A DNA stretch of 51,189 bases from positions 80,930-132,118 of the forward strand of contig PS015167.1 of NCBI GenBank assembly GCA_048213135.1, written 5' to 3'. Below, in pieces: positions 36,746 to 48,853 of the stretch; the first letter of the stretch is position 1, and every line of letters begins with the position of its first letter. The notes under the pieces were generated by a model that had not been told where the DNA came from, made no database searches, and was given only the letters and a program-made list of their open reading frames with translations. The position numbers and the translations under genes were made by a program. Origin of the DNA: Reclinomonas americana ATCC 50394 (taxonomy: Eukaryota).

Positions 36746-37183
36746 GCAGTCCACACTGGCGGTGGAATGTGGCCGAGGGGAAAGTGAGGTGGTGGGGAGG
36801 CCGGGGCGGAGAGAGAAAAGACTGCACACCATTGTTGCGCGAAAGCCTCTTGGTGTGTGTGCGTCATTTTCCTTTTCCCCCCCAGGCCTCACCGCGGTTT
36901 CCCAACTGCTGCCGCCGCTGCTTGTTTTCCCTTTTTTTGTGTTGTTGTGTTCGATACACTTGTCTCTCTCTCTCTCCTTCTCGGTCTCGCGTGTGTGAGT
37001 CCATCTTGCCTCTTCTCTCTCCTTCTGTCTCTCTCAACAGTGTAACATCAGCTGTCACCATGTACTTCAAGCGTGTGTTGATCATGGGGAGTTCCATGGC
37101 TTGAAGACAAACATCACCAGAGCGCCCCCTTTGCCCCAATCCCCATCACCGAATGGCACACACTTTGCCGCTGCTTTTCACTG

Positions 37184-37558
37184 CTACTCGGCATTGCCGT
37201 TGTCAGCGCGCCCGTCTCCGTCGTCATCCTCGTCTTCGCCCAAGTACACATCCTCAATCACGGGAATGGCCGCGACCTTGGTCGACAAGCGCGCGGCCGC
37301 CGACGACGTCGTCGTCGTCGCCGTCGTCATCGTCATCGCCGTCGGCACATCACTCTCACTGACCAGCGCCCGCTCGCGCGCCCACCGAATCAGACGTTGC
37401 CGGAAGGCCACATTGGTCAACAAGCACTCGCGCTTCTCCGCCACCAACCGCACCGCCGGGAACAAGCCACGCTGCTCATGCCACGCCGAGTAGGCCACCA
37501 CCATGGCCCCACTCCGATTCACCCCGGCCATACAGTGCACCAGCGCGCGTCCGCCACT
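37184..37558 (-). CDS. Dual-specificity phosphatase, C-terminal catalytic part
   Basis: GGRALVHCMAGVNRSGAMVVAY..AVRLVAEKR..LTNVAFRQRL (CX5R motif). Confidence 0.9.
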   Translation of the reverse strand, partial: SGGRALVHCMAGVNRSGAMVVAYSAWHEQRGLFPAVRLVAEKRECLLTNVAFRQRLIRWARERALVSESDVPTAMTMTTATTTTSSAAARLSTKVAAIPVIEDVYLGEDEDDDGDGRADNGNAE

Positions 37559-37580
37559 NNNNNNNNNNNNNNNNNNNNTC

Positions 37581-38021
37581 ATGGGCAGCACACGGAGCAC
37601 GCTGGACCACGCGGACCCCTCCGAGCCGCTCCTCCTCCAACACTTTGCGCATGTCATGCGCGAGGCCGCCGAGGCGCGCACAGCCGCGCTTCTGGCCGGC
37701 TCAATCCCCCCTCAACATCGGCGGCTCACACCCGTGCTTCCACACCTCTTCATCAGCGGCGTGCAAGAGGTCTTTGACGAGCGCGCATTAGACGAGGCCG
37801 GCATCACACACGTGTTCTCCATGGTCGGCTCGCCAGAGGTGTGGCGATCACAAGTCATGGACTCGCCACCGGTGAATCACGCCGAGGCGAGCGGAGCAGT
37901 GGTGGAAGGCCAAGAAGGCGGCGGGCGTAAATTCGCCTGGGTGGACTCGAATGACGAGAGCGAGTACGACATTATGCAGCACTTTGAGCAGGTGCGCGAG
38001 TTTGTGGAGGCGGCGCGGGAG
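37581..38021 (+). CDS. N-terminal part of the same dual-specificity phosphatase, on an apparently misoriented contig
   Basis: LTPVLPHLFISG..LDEAGITHVFSM..DSND..DIMQHFEQVREFVEAARE joins in frame to SGGRALVHC when the contig is flipped. Confidence 0.88.
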
Positions 38022-38304
38022 NNNNNNNNNNNNNNNNNNNNTTGTTGATTGTGTGGAGTTGCGTGTCCCGCGTGATGTCCCGCTGCAGTCGTACGCTCGT
38101 ATCGAGCTCGAGTGAGCCCGAGCTCAGCGAACCGCTGCTGCCACTGTTTCGTCCATGCGAAGCTCGACGTTGACGATCTCGTGCATGTTCGTGGCAGATC
38201 CATCGCTGCTGTCCGTCCACTCTCGTTATAGTTGTCTGCAAGCGCTCTCCAGCACGTAACAGACAACAGCACAGCGAACCCGGCGAGCGCAGAGACAACA
38301 CTAC

Positions 38305-39114
38305 ATGGCCGCACAGCGTCCTCCTCAGTCGTTCTATCACCACTCCACGGGGGAAGCCGTGGATGCGTGCACAGTGATTGGCACCGAGATGCCCACAGGT
38401 GAGCTCTCTGTCTCTCTCCCACTCTCTTCTTACACACTCTCACTCACTCGTAATCATGATCAGCGGCGGCGATTCAATACGCGGTCAACTCTCTCAACGT
38501 TGGTGCGTGCATGCATGTTGTCTGTTGTGAGTGACTGTCGTGCTGATGATGGTGATGGCTGCAGGGCTCATTGTGTCGCTGATGGCCGAGAACAACATGG
38601 ACGCGGTGTTTGATGAAGCCAAGGTGGTCGTGGAGCGGTTGTACTTGCCCGTCCGCGACTACCAGCCGCCGACAATGGACCAGATTCGCGAGTTTGTGCA
38701 AGCGGCGTTGCGGACGGTGCATCCTGCGCCGGCCGCGGCCACCGACGATGACGATGCACGGGCGGGAGTACCGGCGGGCAAGAACGTGCTTGTCCACTGT
38801 CATGCAGGTTTGCGTACGCTGCGAGTCACCAACAACCGCTCCATCCCTAGGCCTGTCGCGATCGATCGTGCGCAAGTTACTGAGTGTGCGCCACAGGCAT
38901 CGGTCGCACTGGCACCATGATCTCGTGCTTTCAGATGGCCCGCTCGCAGGCCCACCCCGAGCTGCAGCTGCCGATCCAGTCGGCACGCGACGCCGTGCTC
39001 CTGGTGAGGAGGGTGCGACCAGGCTCTGTGGAGACCAGTGGACAGTGGGCGACTGTGGTGGCGTATGCAGCGGAGGACCTCGGTTTGCCTGCTGGAGCGC
39101 CCCAGTGCCCATGA
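38305..39114 (+). CDS. Small CX5R protein phosphatase (DUSP23/Cdc14-like fold)
   Basis: YLPVRDYQPPTMDQIREFV, NVLVHCHAG|IGRTGTMISC, AVLLVRRVRPGSVETSGQ; four exons. Confidence 0.9.
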
Positions 39115-39736
39115 TGTGATGAACTGGGACCAATCGTTGCTGTGGCTCGGCTCGGTGTAGGGCTGCAAGACCTTCCCAGACTTCTCGTCTGTTGTGCTCT
39201 GATGCTCACTCACGGTGTGACCACCATGCCATGCATCATTGTTGTTAGTTCAAATACGTGAAGTTGTTATTGTCTGTTGCTGCCGTGGGTTCTCTGGTGC
39301 AGTTGAAGCACGCGACGTCGCATTCGTGGTCGCAGTTTCGCGCAGTTTCCGTAAGGACCTGATTTGTTGTTGCAGGACCAGAAAATCTGCTGTTGTTTGT
39401 GGATGGAAGCGCTGAGCACTATAGCATGCATTCTTCAAGAGGAGGACTTCGAAGTGGGTGATACCGATCGCGATATCGCAGCTGAGCCTCTCGAGCTCTG
39501 AGTTCGAACAAAATAAGCAAACTGTGGAACCCCATAGCCCCGCTGGGATGCGTGTGTTGTGGGCGTTGGCAGAGACAGCGACGTCAACGACATTCGACAA
39601 ACGCACCCGACCGTTACATTGCGCGCGAAAACGGTCCAAAAACAACTTGTGCGCGCACATCGACGCCCGCCTCTCTCGCGCCCTCTCATTAACCCCTCAC
39701 TCGGCGAGGAGAATCACGTTGCGCAAACAGCAAAAG

Positions 39737-39777
<41 letters not shown>

Positions 39778-39943
39778 AATCGCTCGTTGCTGCTATTGTG
39801 TGCACACGCAAACACACACTCCCTCCCTGCTCCTCCACCGCCCTCTCTCTCTCTTCCTCTCTCACCACTGCGCGTGTGTTTCGCGTCTCACAATGCGTGT
39901 TGCATATCGCGCGCAGTGTGCACCACCACCAACAGGAGGCAAC

Positions 39944-40630
39944 ATGAGTGCCTCCACCAACTCCAAATTCGGCGCTCTGGCCACTCTCGTGGTGGCCTGT
40001 GTGCTGTTGCTGACGCTGCTCGCGACGCAAGCAGATGGAGGTGAGTAGTCATTCTTCTATCGTGGGTCGTGCGTGCGAGTGAGTGTGAGTGCATGTGTGT
40101 GTGTGTAACAGAGAGAGAGAGAGAGAGAGAGAGACGCACACACACACACACACAGAGTGAGAGGGAGAGTGAGCTGTCTGTGCGTTGTGGACGTGTCGTC
40201 GTTCTTCAAAAGAGGTTCAGTTCTGCGTGAGGCAGCTTGATTACCCACTCTCATTGTCTGAGAAAATGGCGCGAATCGTGGAACCAATAGTACTCTTTGC
40301 TGTGTCGCAGCGCTGGACGCGCAAGTCGTGCTTCTGGCTCCGTCGGACTGTGTTGCATTCACCACCGGTGGCAAGCTGCAAGTCGTCGATCTCACTGGCA
40401 CCGGCCTGGACACCATCTACAACTTTGGAAGCACATTCTCGGTGTAAGTCTTGCGAACATACTGATCGCAGCGTGGTCAATATTCGTGTATGTCTCCTCC
40501 ATCGTTTCCCGCACCTTTTTTCTCGGCCTGTCAGTCACGCATGCGTGCACTGGTCTGTGAGCGGATGTCCCACAGCAGCGAATTCCTTTTCACTGGACGC
40601 GCTTCCTTGTTTTGTTGTCATCATTCTCTT

Positions 40631-40662
<32 letters not shown>

Positions 40663-43600
40663 GCATCCCGTTCTCTTGGTTTCTGATGCGCGCGCTCTCT
40701 CTCTCTCTCATACTCACCCCCCTCTCTCTCATTCTCTGTCTCGTTCTCCCCCCGCGAGTGTGTATGCGACACCATCTGCCTGTCGTAGTCGCAGCGCGCA
40801 CTTCACTCTTGTCATCGCCCTTTTACTCTCTTCTCTTGTTCTCATTCCCCTTTCCCTCACATTGTGATCTCCCTCCGCCCACGCAGCAACGACGCCGGCG
40901 GCAACTTTGCATTCGGTTCCAACCTCTTCGACCTGCAGGCGACGACACTGCGACTGCAGTTCGACTCTGCTCCCTCTGCTGTCTTTGATCTGCACTTCTT
41001 CCTGTTCGCGGATGGCGTGAACACCGGTATTGATGTGTGGATCGGAGCAACATGCATCGACACGCCACTGATCAAGGTCACGCGCGGCGGCTGCTTTGAG
41101 GACTTGCAGATCGTCCCTGTGATTGGCAGTACTTTCGTTGACTTCCCCGGTGCGTTGTCGTGCTCAGTGTGTTTGACCTTGTTTGCAAGGAGACAGACCC
41201 TCACGCTGACTACAAACTCCCACGCAGTCCGACAGTACGCACTGTTTACCGACAACAGCGGCGCTCCCTTCGTGATCTGCAACCCGAGCAACATCAATCT
41301 CCAAGTGACGGTTCTGCTCGATAGCGTGACTGACTTGGGAAACGAAAAGCTGTCCTTCCAGACCACTGTGCAGCGATTCAGCAGCAGCACACCGTACTAC
41401 CTGTGCATGCGTCGCAGTAACACCAGCAACTGGGCCTATGTCGGTGCGTGCACTTGCGTGTGTGTGTGAAGAGGAAGGAGGGCCTCGATTCACATGTTTG
41501 TTTTTGTTCTCTCTGCAGGTCCGGCGGTCTATGTTGGCGGCGTGTGTACCAACACAATCGCACGTATCCAGCTCCCTGACCCAACTGGTTCGGTTGCGTG
41601 CACTGCCCCACGCGATGTCATTGTCTCTGGTTTCGGCATTGAGAACGGCAACACCGCGGTGAGTCGTCGACCGTGACAATCACCAGCTGGCAATTCAGAC
41701 GTCTCACGTATCCACCCTCCCTCCCTTCACTTCCCTTCTCTCCCTCTCTCCCCACAGTACCAAGTCGCCACCGACCGGACGTGTGTCACCCCTACCGCAG
41801 TGGCCACCGTTAGCAACCCGGTGTACAACGGTTCAACATTGGCGCTGACCTTCCAGGTGGCCAGCTCTTCTTCGGCGACCTTCTACCTGTGCAGCACAGA
41901 TACAACGACCGACGGTGGCCAGTAGTTTCGTCGAGTTGCTGAGTCTTGTTTCACCTTCCATACGCTCTCACGCTGCCTCCGCTGGTTGTGCAGCACTTGG
42001 ACTGGCTCCGTTGTCCGTGTGGATGGGCCATGCATCGCAGCCGGCGTGTTTTCGAACGCATTCCCACTCGCGCTGACGCCTGGCACGTGCTACTCGGACA
42101 CCCAAGCCATCTCTGTCAAGGGAAGCAGCTTCCTGGATCCCACGCTGCCGGCAAATGTCGCCAAGCGCTATGCCATCTTTGACGAAGACACATGCACGAC
42201 GCCGCGATCCGGCTACATGGTTGTGGCTTCGTTGCGTTCATGGCTGCATTCGCTCGGTAGAAGTGCATTTTGCCGTGTCTCACCGTCTCTCTTTGTATCA
42301 GTGCCTCTGGTGCAGTGTGGAGTGCCACAAATCAGCGGCTGTTGATCACACTTACGTCGGCTGTGAGCACCAATACTGCTCTCGGCTACGTGGTACGTAT
42401 GGGTGTCAAGCGCCCAGCCATTGTGTGACGTGCTGTTCGGTTGACCGTTTGTGCCACGCTGCAGTGCTTCAAGAGTGCTGATAGCGGTACGAACTGGATG
42501 TTCACTGGCGCGTCGATTGTGGTGGACGGAGCGTGTGTCAATCGACCCAAATCGATCTTGCTGACGGATCCTGCGTGTCCGGCGGCCACATTGACTCGCA
42601 CGTTCACTCTTGTTGGTGCTGATTTGTCGACATCTAGCACAGTTGCGGTGGATGACGTGTGAGATGGGTTGCGTCGATGGTGTGCCTGACACGATCTCTT
42701 TGTGTGTGTGTCCCATGCGCAGTACCGTGTGTTCACGGATGTGGCGTGCTCGTCCACTGCCAGTGCGCCGGTCACGACGGCATCGCCCACGTCTGTCACT
42801 GGCACAACCAGCATGTCGCTTGTATTGGCATCGGCCACGCTGGTTGCCGACGCCGATCTGTATTTGTGCTCGTCGACTGCAGCTGCGAATGGCAGCTATT
42901 CTTGGTCTGGTGCGGTCATCCGCAATGATGGATCGTGCATCTTGAATACGACGTTCTCCGGCAACCCGAAGATCCTGCTCACGTCTGGTGCTTGTTTTGT
43001 CCGACAGTTGCGTTCCGCTTGTCCATTCATTCATTCATTCATTCGCTCTGTGTCTCACACCGACGCATGGCACTCACGCCATCGTTCTCTGTATCGCAGA
43101 CGCACGGTGGCAGTCGTGGGTCAGACACTTCCGGATCCGGCCATCCTGTCGGTGGCTGTTTTCGGCTCGAGCTTCAAGACTGTGGCAGCGTATCCGAACC
43201 AGGTGTACGCGCTGTCGCCGTCGGCCACGTGCGACACACTGGACACGTCAATCTCTGTGTCGCGACTGTCTGTCGACAGTGCGATGATGGAGACGCTCAG
43301 CTTCAACACTGTCAGTCGCTTGACATCGTCGGCCACTGCGCTGTACTTGTGCGTTCGCAACCTGACGACGCAGAGCAACTATGTCAGCACGGTGAGTGAG
43401 AAGGATGAGGAGGGCAAGCATTGTATACTTCGGAGGTGTGCTCACTGCGTGTGTGAATAGGGCNNNNNNNNNNNNNNNNNNNNNNNNNNNNNNNNNNNNN
43501 NNNNNNNNNNNNNNNNNNNNNNNNNNNNNNNNNNNNNNNNNNNNNNNNNNNNNNNNNNNNNNNNNNNNNNNNNNNNNNNNNNNNNNNNNNNNNNNNNNNN

Positions 43601-46600
43601 NNNNNNNNNNNNNNNNNNNNNNNNNNNNNNNNNNNNNNNNNNNNNNNNNNNNNNNNNNNNNNNNNNNNNNNNNNNNNNNNNNNNNNNNNNNNNNNNNNNN
43701 NNNNNNNNNNNNNNNNNNNNNNNNNNNNNNNNNNNNNNNNNNNNNNNNNNNNNNNNNNNNNNNNNNNNNNNNNNNNNNNNNNNNNNNNNNNNNNNNNNNN
43801 NNNNNNNNNNNNNNNNNNNNNNNNNNNNNNNNNNNNNNNNNNNNNNNNNNNNNNNNNNNNNNNNNNNNNNNNNNNNNNNNNNNNNNNNNNNNNNNNNNNN
43901 NNNNNNNNNNNNNNNNNNNNNNNNNNNNNNNNNNNNNNNNNNNNNNNNNNNNNNNNNNNNNNNNNNNNNNNNNNNNNNNNNNNNNNNNNNNNNNNNNNNN
44001 NNNNNNNNNNNNNNNNNNNNNNNNNNNNNNNNNNNNNNNNNNNNNNNNNNNNNNNNNNNNNNNNNNNNNNNNNNNNNNNNNNNNNNNNNNNNNNNNNNNN
44101 NNNNNNNNNNNNNNNNNNNNNNNNNNNNNNNNNNNNNNNNNNNNNNNNNNNNNNNNNNNNNNNNNNNNNNNNNNNNNNNNNNNNNNNNNNNNNNNNNNNN
44201 NNNNNNNNNNNNNNNNNNNNNNNNNNNNNNNNNNNNNNNNNNNNNNNNNNNNNNNNNNNNCGATTCGAACCAGTGCACGACGGGTCAGCTGGCCACTGTG
44301 CGCATCCGTGCTGCAGGGTCGCCGGTGTCCACATCGACGACGCAGAGTCTGATTTTCGACACGAGCAATCAGACGACTCCGCTGGGCGCTGCGATGTTTT
44401 TGTGCCAGACGCGGTCGAACGGCAACTGGGGATACGTGGGCGTGCAGGTGACCATCACCGGCACGTGCGTCAGCACTCAGCCGACCATCTATGCTGGCCA
44501 ATGCAATGCAGGTTTGCTGTGCGAGGAGTGTGTGTTTCGTGATCGTCAGATACTGACGTGTGATTGCGATGACGTGCAGCTGTGGGTGGTCCGTACACGC
44601 AGAGCGTGGCGGTTGAGGGATCGAACTTCACTGTGACGGCTCCGCTCGTGGCTCCAGTGTTTGGACTGACGACGTCGGTGCTGAGTACTGGACTGTGCGG
44701 AACGCTGGCGACGAATCCCACTGTGACTCCGACGATCAACTCTGCGACATCGGCCACATTGGTGTTTGGCAGTGTTGCGGGAGATGTGGCGACGGGCACG
44801 TACACGCTGTGCGCGTCGACCAACGGCGGCACCACGTACACGCCGACTGGCGCCACTGTGACTGTGGCTGGTCCGTGCGCGGTGTCCCCGACCAGCATCC
44901 TGCTGCTGACCAACACGCTGACGCAGCCGGTGGCGATCACTGGCGGTGGGNNNNNNNNNNNNNNNNNNNNNNNNNNNNNNNNNNNNNNNNNNNNNNNNNN
45001 NNNNNNNNNNNNNNNNNNNNNNNNNNNNNNNNNNNNNNNNNNNNNNNNNNNNNNNNNNNNNNNNNNNNNNNNNNNNNNNNNNNNNNNNNNNNNNNNNNNN
45101 NNNNNNNNNNNNNNNNNNNNNNNNNNNNNNNNNNNNNNNNNNNNNNNNNNNNNNNNNNNNNNNNNNNNNNNNNNNNNNNNNNNNNNNNNNNNNNNNNNNN
45201 NNNNNNNNNNNNNNNNNNNNNNNNNNNNNNNNNNNNNNNNNNNNNNNNNNNNNNNNNNNNNNNNNNNNNNNNNNNNNNNNNNNNNNNNNNNNNNNNNNNN
45301 NNNNNNNNNNNNNNNNNNNNNNNNNNNNNNNNNNNNNNNNNNNNNNNNNNNNNNNNNNNNNNNNNNNNNNNNNNNNNNNNNNNNNNNNNNNNNNNNNNNN
45401 NNNNNNNNNNNNNNNNNNNNNNNNNNNNNNNNNNNNNNNNNNNNNNNNNNNNNNNNNNNNNNNNNNNNNNNNNNNNNNNNNNNNNNNNNNNNNNNNNNNN
45501 NNNNNNNNNNNNNNNNNNNNNNNNNNNNNNNNNNNNNNNNNNNNNNNNNNNNNNNNNNNNNNNNNNNNNNNNNNNNNNNNNNNNNNNNNNNNNNNNNNNN
45601 NNNNNNNNTTTAGCAACACTGCGCTGACAGTGTTCCACCTCTTCAACGACTCCGCATGCACTCGTGACCCGGCAACTCTTACTGCGATCACTATTTCTAC
45701 TTTCACGTCTGCCACCTCGGTGATGCTCAACTTTGACACTGTATCCACGCTGTCCGGTTACAACGGGCTCACACTGTGCCAGTCAACCAATGGCGGAGTG
45801 TCGTACAGCCCGGTGCTCTTCTTGTCGGTTTCTATCTGTGCGTTGTTTCCGTCGTGTTCGTTTTGCAAGGCAGCATTGTAATGCGTTGCTGGTGTGCAGT
45901 GTCTCCGACTGTCTCATCTGGCGTGTACACGGTGCCGTCGGGCGTCGTGGGTGCCACGATCACTGTTACCGGTGTCGACCTGTCGGCTTTGACACCAGGC
46001 GCCAGCAATGTGTTTTACGTGTCTTCGAGCTCTACTTGCAACGGCACCCCACGTGCACACACCACCATCACTGTGGGATCTGCCGTGCTGAGCGGACTGG
46101 AGCTGGTTGTGGACACACGTAGTTCGTGCACTACGCTGGCCACGCCTGGACCGTACCGTCTGTGTGGAAAGCTGTCGGCCACCAGCAATGCCGATGTAGA
46201 CTTTGGCAAGTTTGCGGTTTCTGGTGGGTTGTTTTTGTCGCAATTTTGTGTGGGTTTTCTTCTGCTTGCTTTTGCTCAACATGCGCGCGCGTGTGTGTGT
46301 GTGCAGCGGCTCCCAAGTCGACTCCCAGCCTTGGTTCGGCCGACGGCCTGACTCCCAACACGCCGGCGCTTGTGCGGCTGCTTGGTCGCTTCTCCAACTG
46401 CATCAATGTGGGTCACTTTCTTTCGCTCATTTATGTCGAGTCTGGCTTGTGCTGCGTGTCGCTCATACGTATGTTGAAACCTGCAGTTGAAGGCAGTCGT
46501 GTTTGGCAAGGATGTGTGCGACAGCGCGGCGACAGTTGGCACGTTTACTTCGTCGCTGCCGAGCAATGATCCGCTTGCTGGCGAAGTGGGTGTGAAGCAC

Positions 46601-48132
46601 TGCGGCACCGATGGTACATGCACGTCGTTTGGAGCCGAGGCCACGTTTGCAAGCAGCGGTGCCTATCAGATCTGCTATCTGAAATCCGACGGCACCACGT
46701 GGGCGTCTGTGCCTGGTGGTGTGATTGCAGTGGGCACTCGTTGCGTGTGCATTGCATTTGGTGGTGATTGTGGTTCACAGCTCTGCCGTTTCCACTAACA
46801 CGCTCGGTTCTTGTGTTGTGCAGATATTGTCGCGTCGTCGGTTGCTGCCGATCCGATGTTCCCCGACTGGGTGAATTCGAGCTTTGACGGCGGCACTGGA
46901 AGTCGCACGTTTGAGACGCAGATTGAGTGGGATCCGACGAACCACTCGCGGTTTGGTTTGTAATCGTTTGCTTCGTTGTTGTTCAGAGGAATGGGTTTCT
47001 TACTCGGGTGTGTTCACCCAACAGCTGGCGTTCCGGATGTCCTTGTGGGCATCTCTGCGTTTGCTGTGGCAGCGCTATCGGACTCTCACGTGTATTGCTC
47101 GACGTCGGTGTGCATTTCGTTGATTCTCAGCGAGCCTGTGTGGACTCTGATGTGTTATTCACGATTGTGGTGCAGCGTGTCGATCGACACTTCATGACAC
47201 TGCGCTGCCTGGCATACGCGAGCGACAGCATCTCGAATCTGCAAGTGAATGTGCTGGCGCATTATACGCCGCGCAATCTGGGTGCCAGTGCGCAGGGCGT
47301 TGTCAACTACTCGTCACAGACGCGCTCCGATTGGTTCTTGCTACCGCCCTCAAGTTTGCAGTTGAAGAATCCCGGTCGCGATCAAGCCATCAGTCTGTCT
47401 CTCCCTGGCTTCAACTCGCCGCCCACCGTTGTGGCAGCGCTGCGTCACTTGCATCTTGACGGTCGTCGCCCGGCACACTTTTCTGGCACTGTCGAGGGTG
47501 TGAATGCCCAGTCGTTTATTCATCGGTATGTAAGGTTGCGAGCGTCTGTCGTCGTGTGCCATTTTGTCTCACCAGCGTGTTTGTGTTTGCACGCGTGCAG
47601 CGGGTGGGCGTATGCCGACGCTCGTGTGTCGCGACTGGCGTACTCGTGGATCGCCATGCAACCAACAGGCAATGCCAGTGGGTTTGGTCTCCAGGGTGGC
47701 GAGGTTTGTGTGAAGCGGACTGTTGACGTGTTACACGAGGCACTGATTGCGTCTCTATCTCTCTCTCTCTCTCTCTNNNNNNNNNNNNNNNNNNNNNNNN
47801 NNNNNNNNNNNNNNNNNNNNNNNNNNNNNNNNNNNNNNNNNNNNNNNNNNNNNNNNNNNNNNNNNNNNNNNNNNNNNNNNNNNNNNNNNNNNNNNNNNNN
47901 NNNNNNNNNNNNNNNNNNNNNNNNNNNNNNNNNNNNNNNNNNNNNNNNNNNNNNNNNNNNNNNNNNNNNNNNNNNNNNNNNNNNNNNNNNNNNNNNNNNN
48001 NNNNNNNNNNNNNNNNNNNNNNNNNNNNNNNNNNNNNNNNNNNNNNNNNNNNNNNNNCATGAATGGATGTTGGCAGTGCCTGGACCCACGGCACCGGCCG
48101 TTGACTACTCTTGGGCTGCGCTGGGCCAGTAA
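39944..48132 (+). CDS. Large secreted Thr/Ser/Cys-rich repeat protein with tandem beta-sandwich-like modules and C-terminal H-type-lectin-like domains (paralog A; three internal gaps)
   Basis: Signal peptide MSASTNSKFGALATLVVACVLLLTLLATQADG. Recurring modules with Y/F.VF.D..C and Y.LC.ST.GG..Y/W. C-terminal FNSPPTVVAALRHLHLD..VEGVNAQSF..WAYADARVSRLAYSWIA and VPDVLVGISAF. Ends DYSWAALGQ* with no transmembrane segment. Confidence 0.75.
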
Positions 48133-48853
48133 GATGGATTACGCAGCTACTTGTATGCATCTCTCTCAACTCTGGACTGCTGCTCTCTGTGCTTCGTCGT
48201 CCCATCTCTATCCCATTCGCCAAGTTCATGATCAGCACAGTATGATAAAAATGGTTCTTCTGCGTATTCTGATTTTTAATCTGGACACAAGGAGTAGTTG
48301 CCTGGCCAGGTCGTCGGAAGCGAGGGTGAACACAGTGGGGAACACGGACCAAGCCAAGATCATTGCTCTGAAATTGCAACCTGACCGTTACGGCGATTTC
48401 GCGCGCGCGCGAAACTTGCTCCATCTTGAATGCAGCAGACTCTTCGTTTCAATAAACTGGGGAAGTTCTTTAGTTTCTGAGCTTGTTCCCCATGAGGCCC
48501 GCGTCGCAAACCCACTTATCCACTTGAACTCGAACACGTCTTCGTATCCTATCAAGAAGTTTCCATCCATCCGTTTGACCTCACCCTGTTTCCACGCACG
48601 GCGACGAGGCGGGGAGGCAGAGGCTGCGTACAGTACACACCATCGAATGCCTGCACACTCTACTTTGTGCACACACACGCCGTTGTTGCCCGCTCTGTGT
48701 TCATATGCGCTCCTCACTGGCGCACATTCTTGATCACTCACGCACTCGCTTTCTTCTGCTTCTCTTCTTCGTGGGGTGCACTGCGTATGCGCAGCTTGTC
48801 TCACACTGCGCCTCGCCACTCCACAGGAGCAACAACCAGTCAAGAAGAAAAAA

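Noticed and set aside
41923-41925. Conserved in-frame TAG suggesting stop-codon reassignment
   Set aside because: Falls at an intron donor. TAA, TAG and TGA all terminate clearly identified genes (kinesin, CAP-Gly protein, gcvT).
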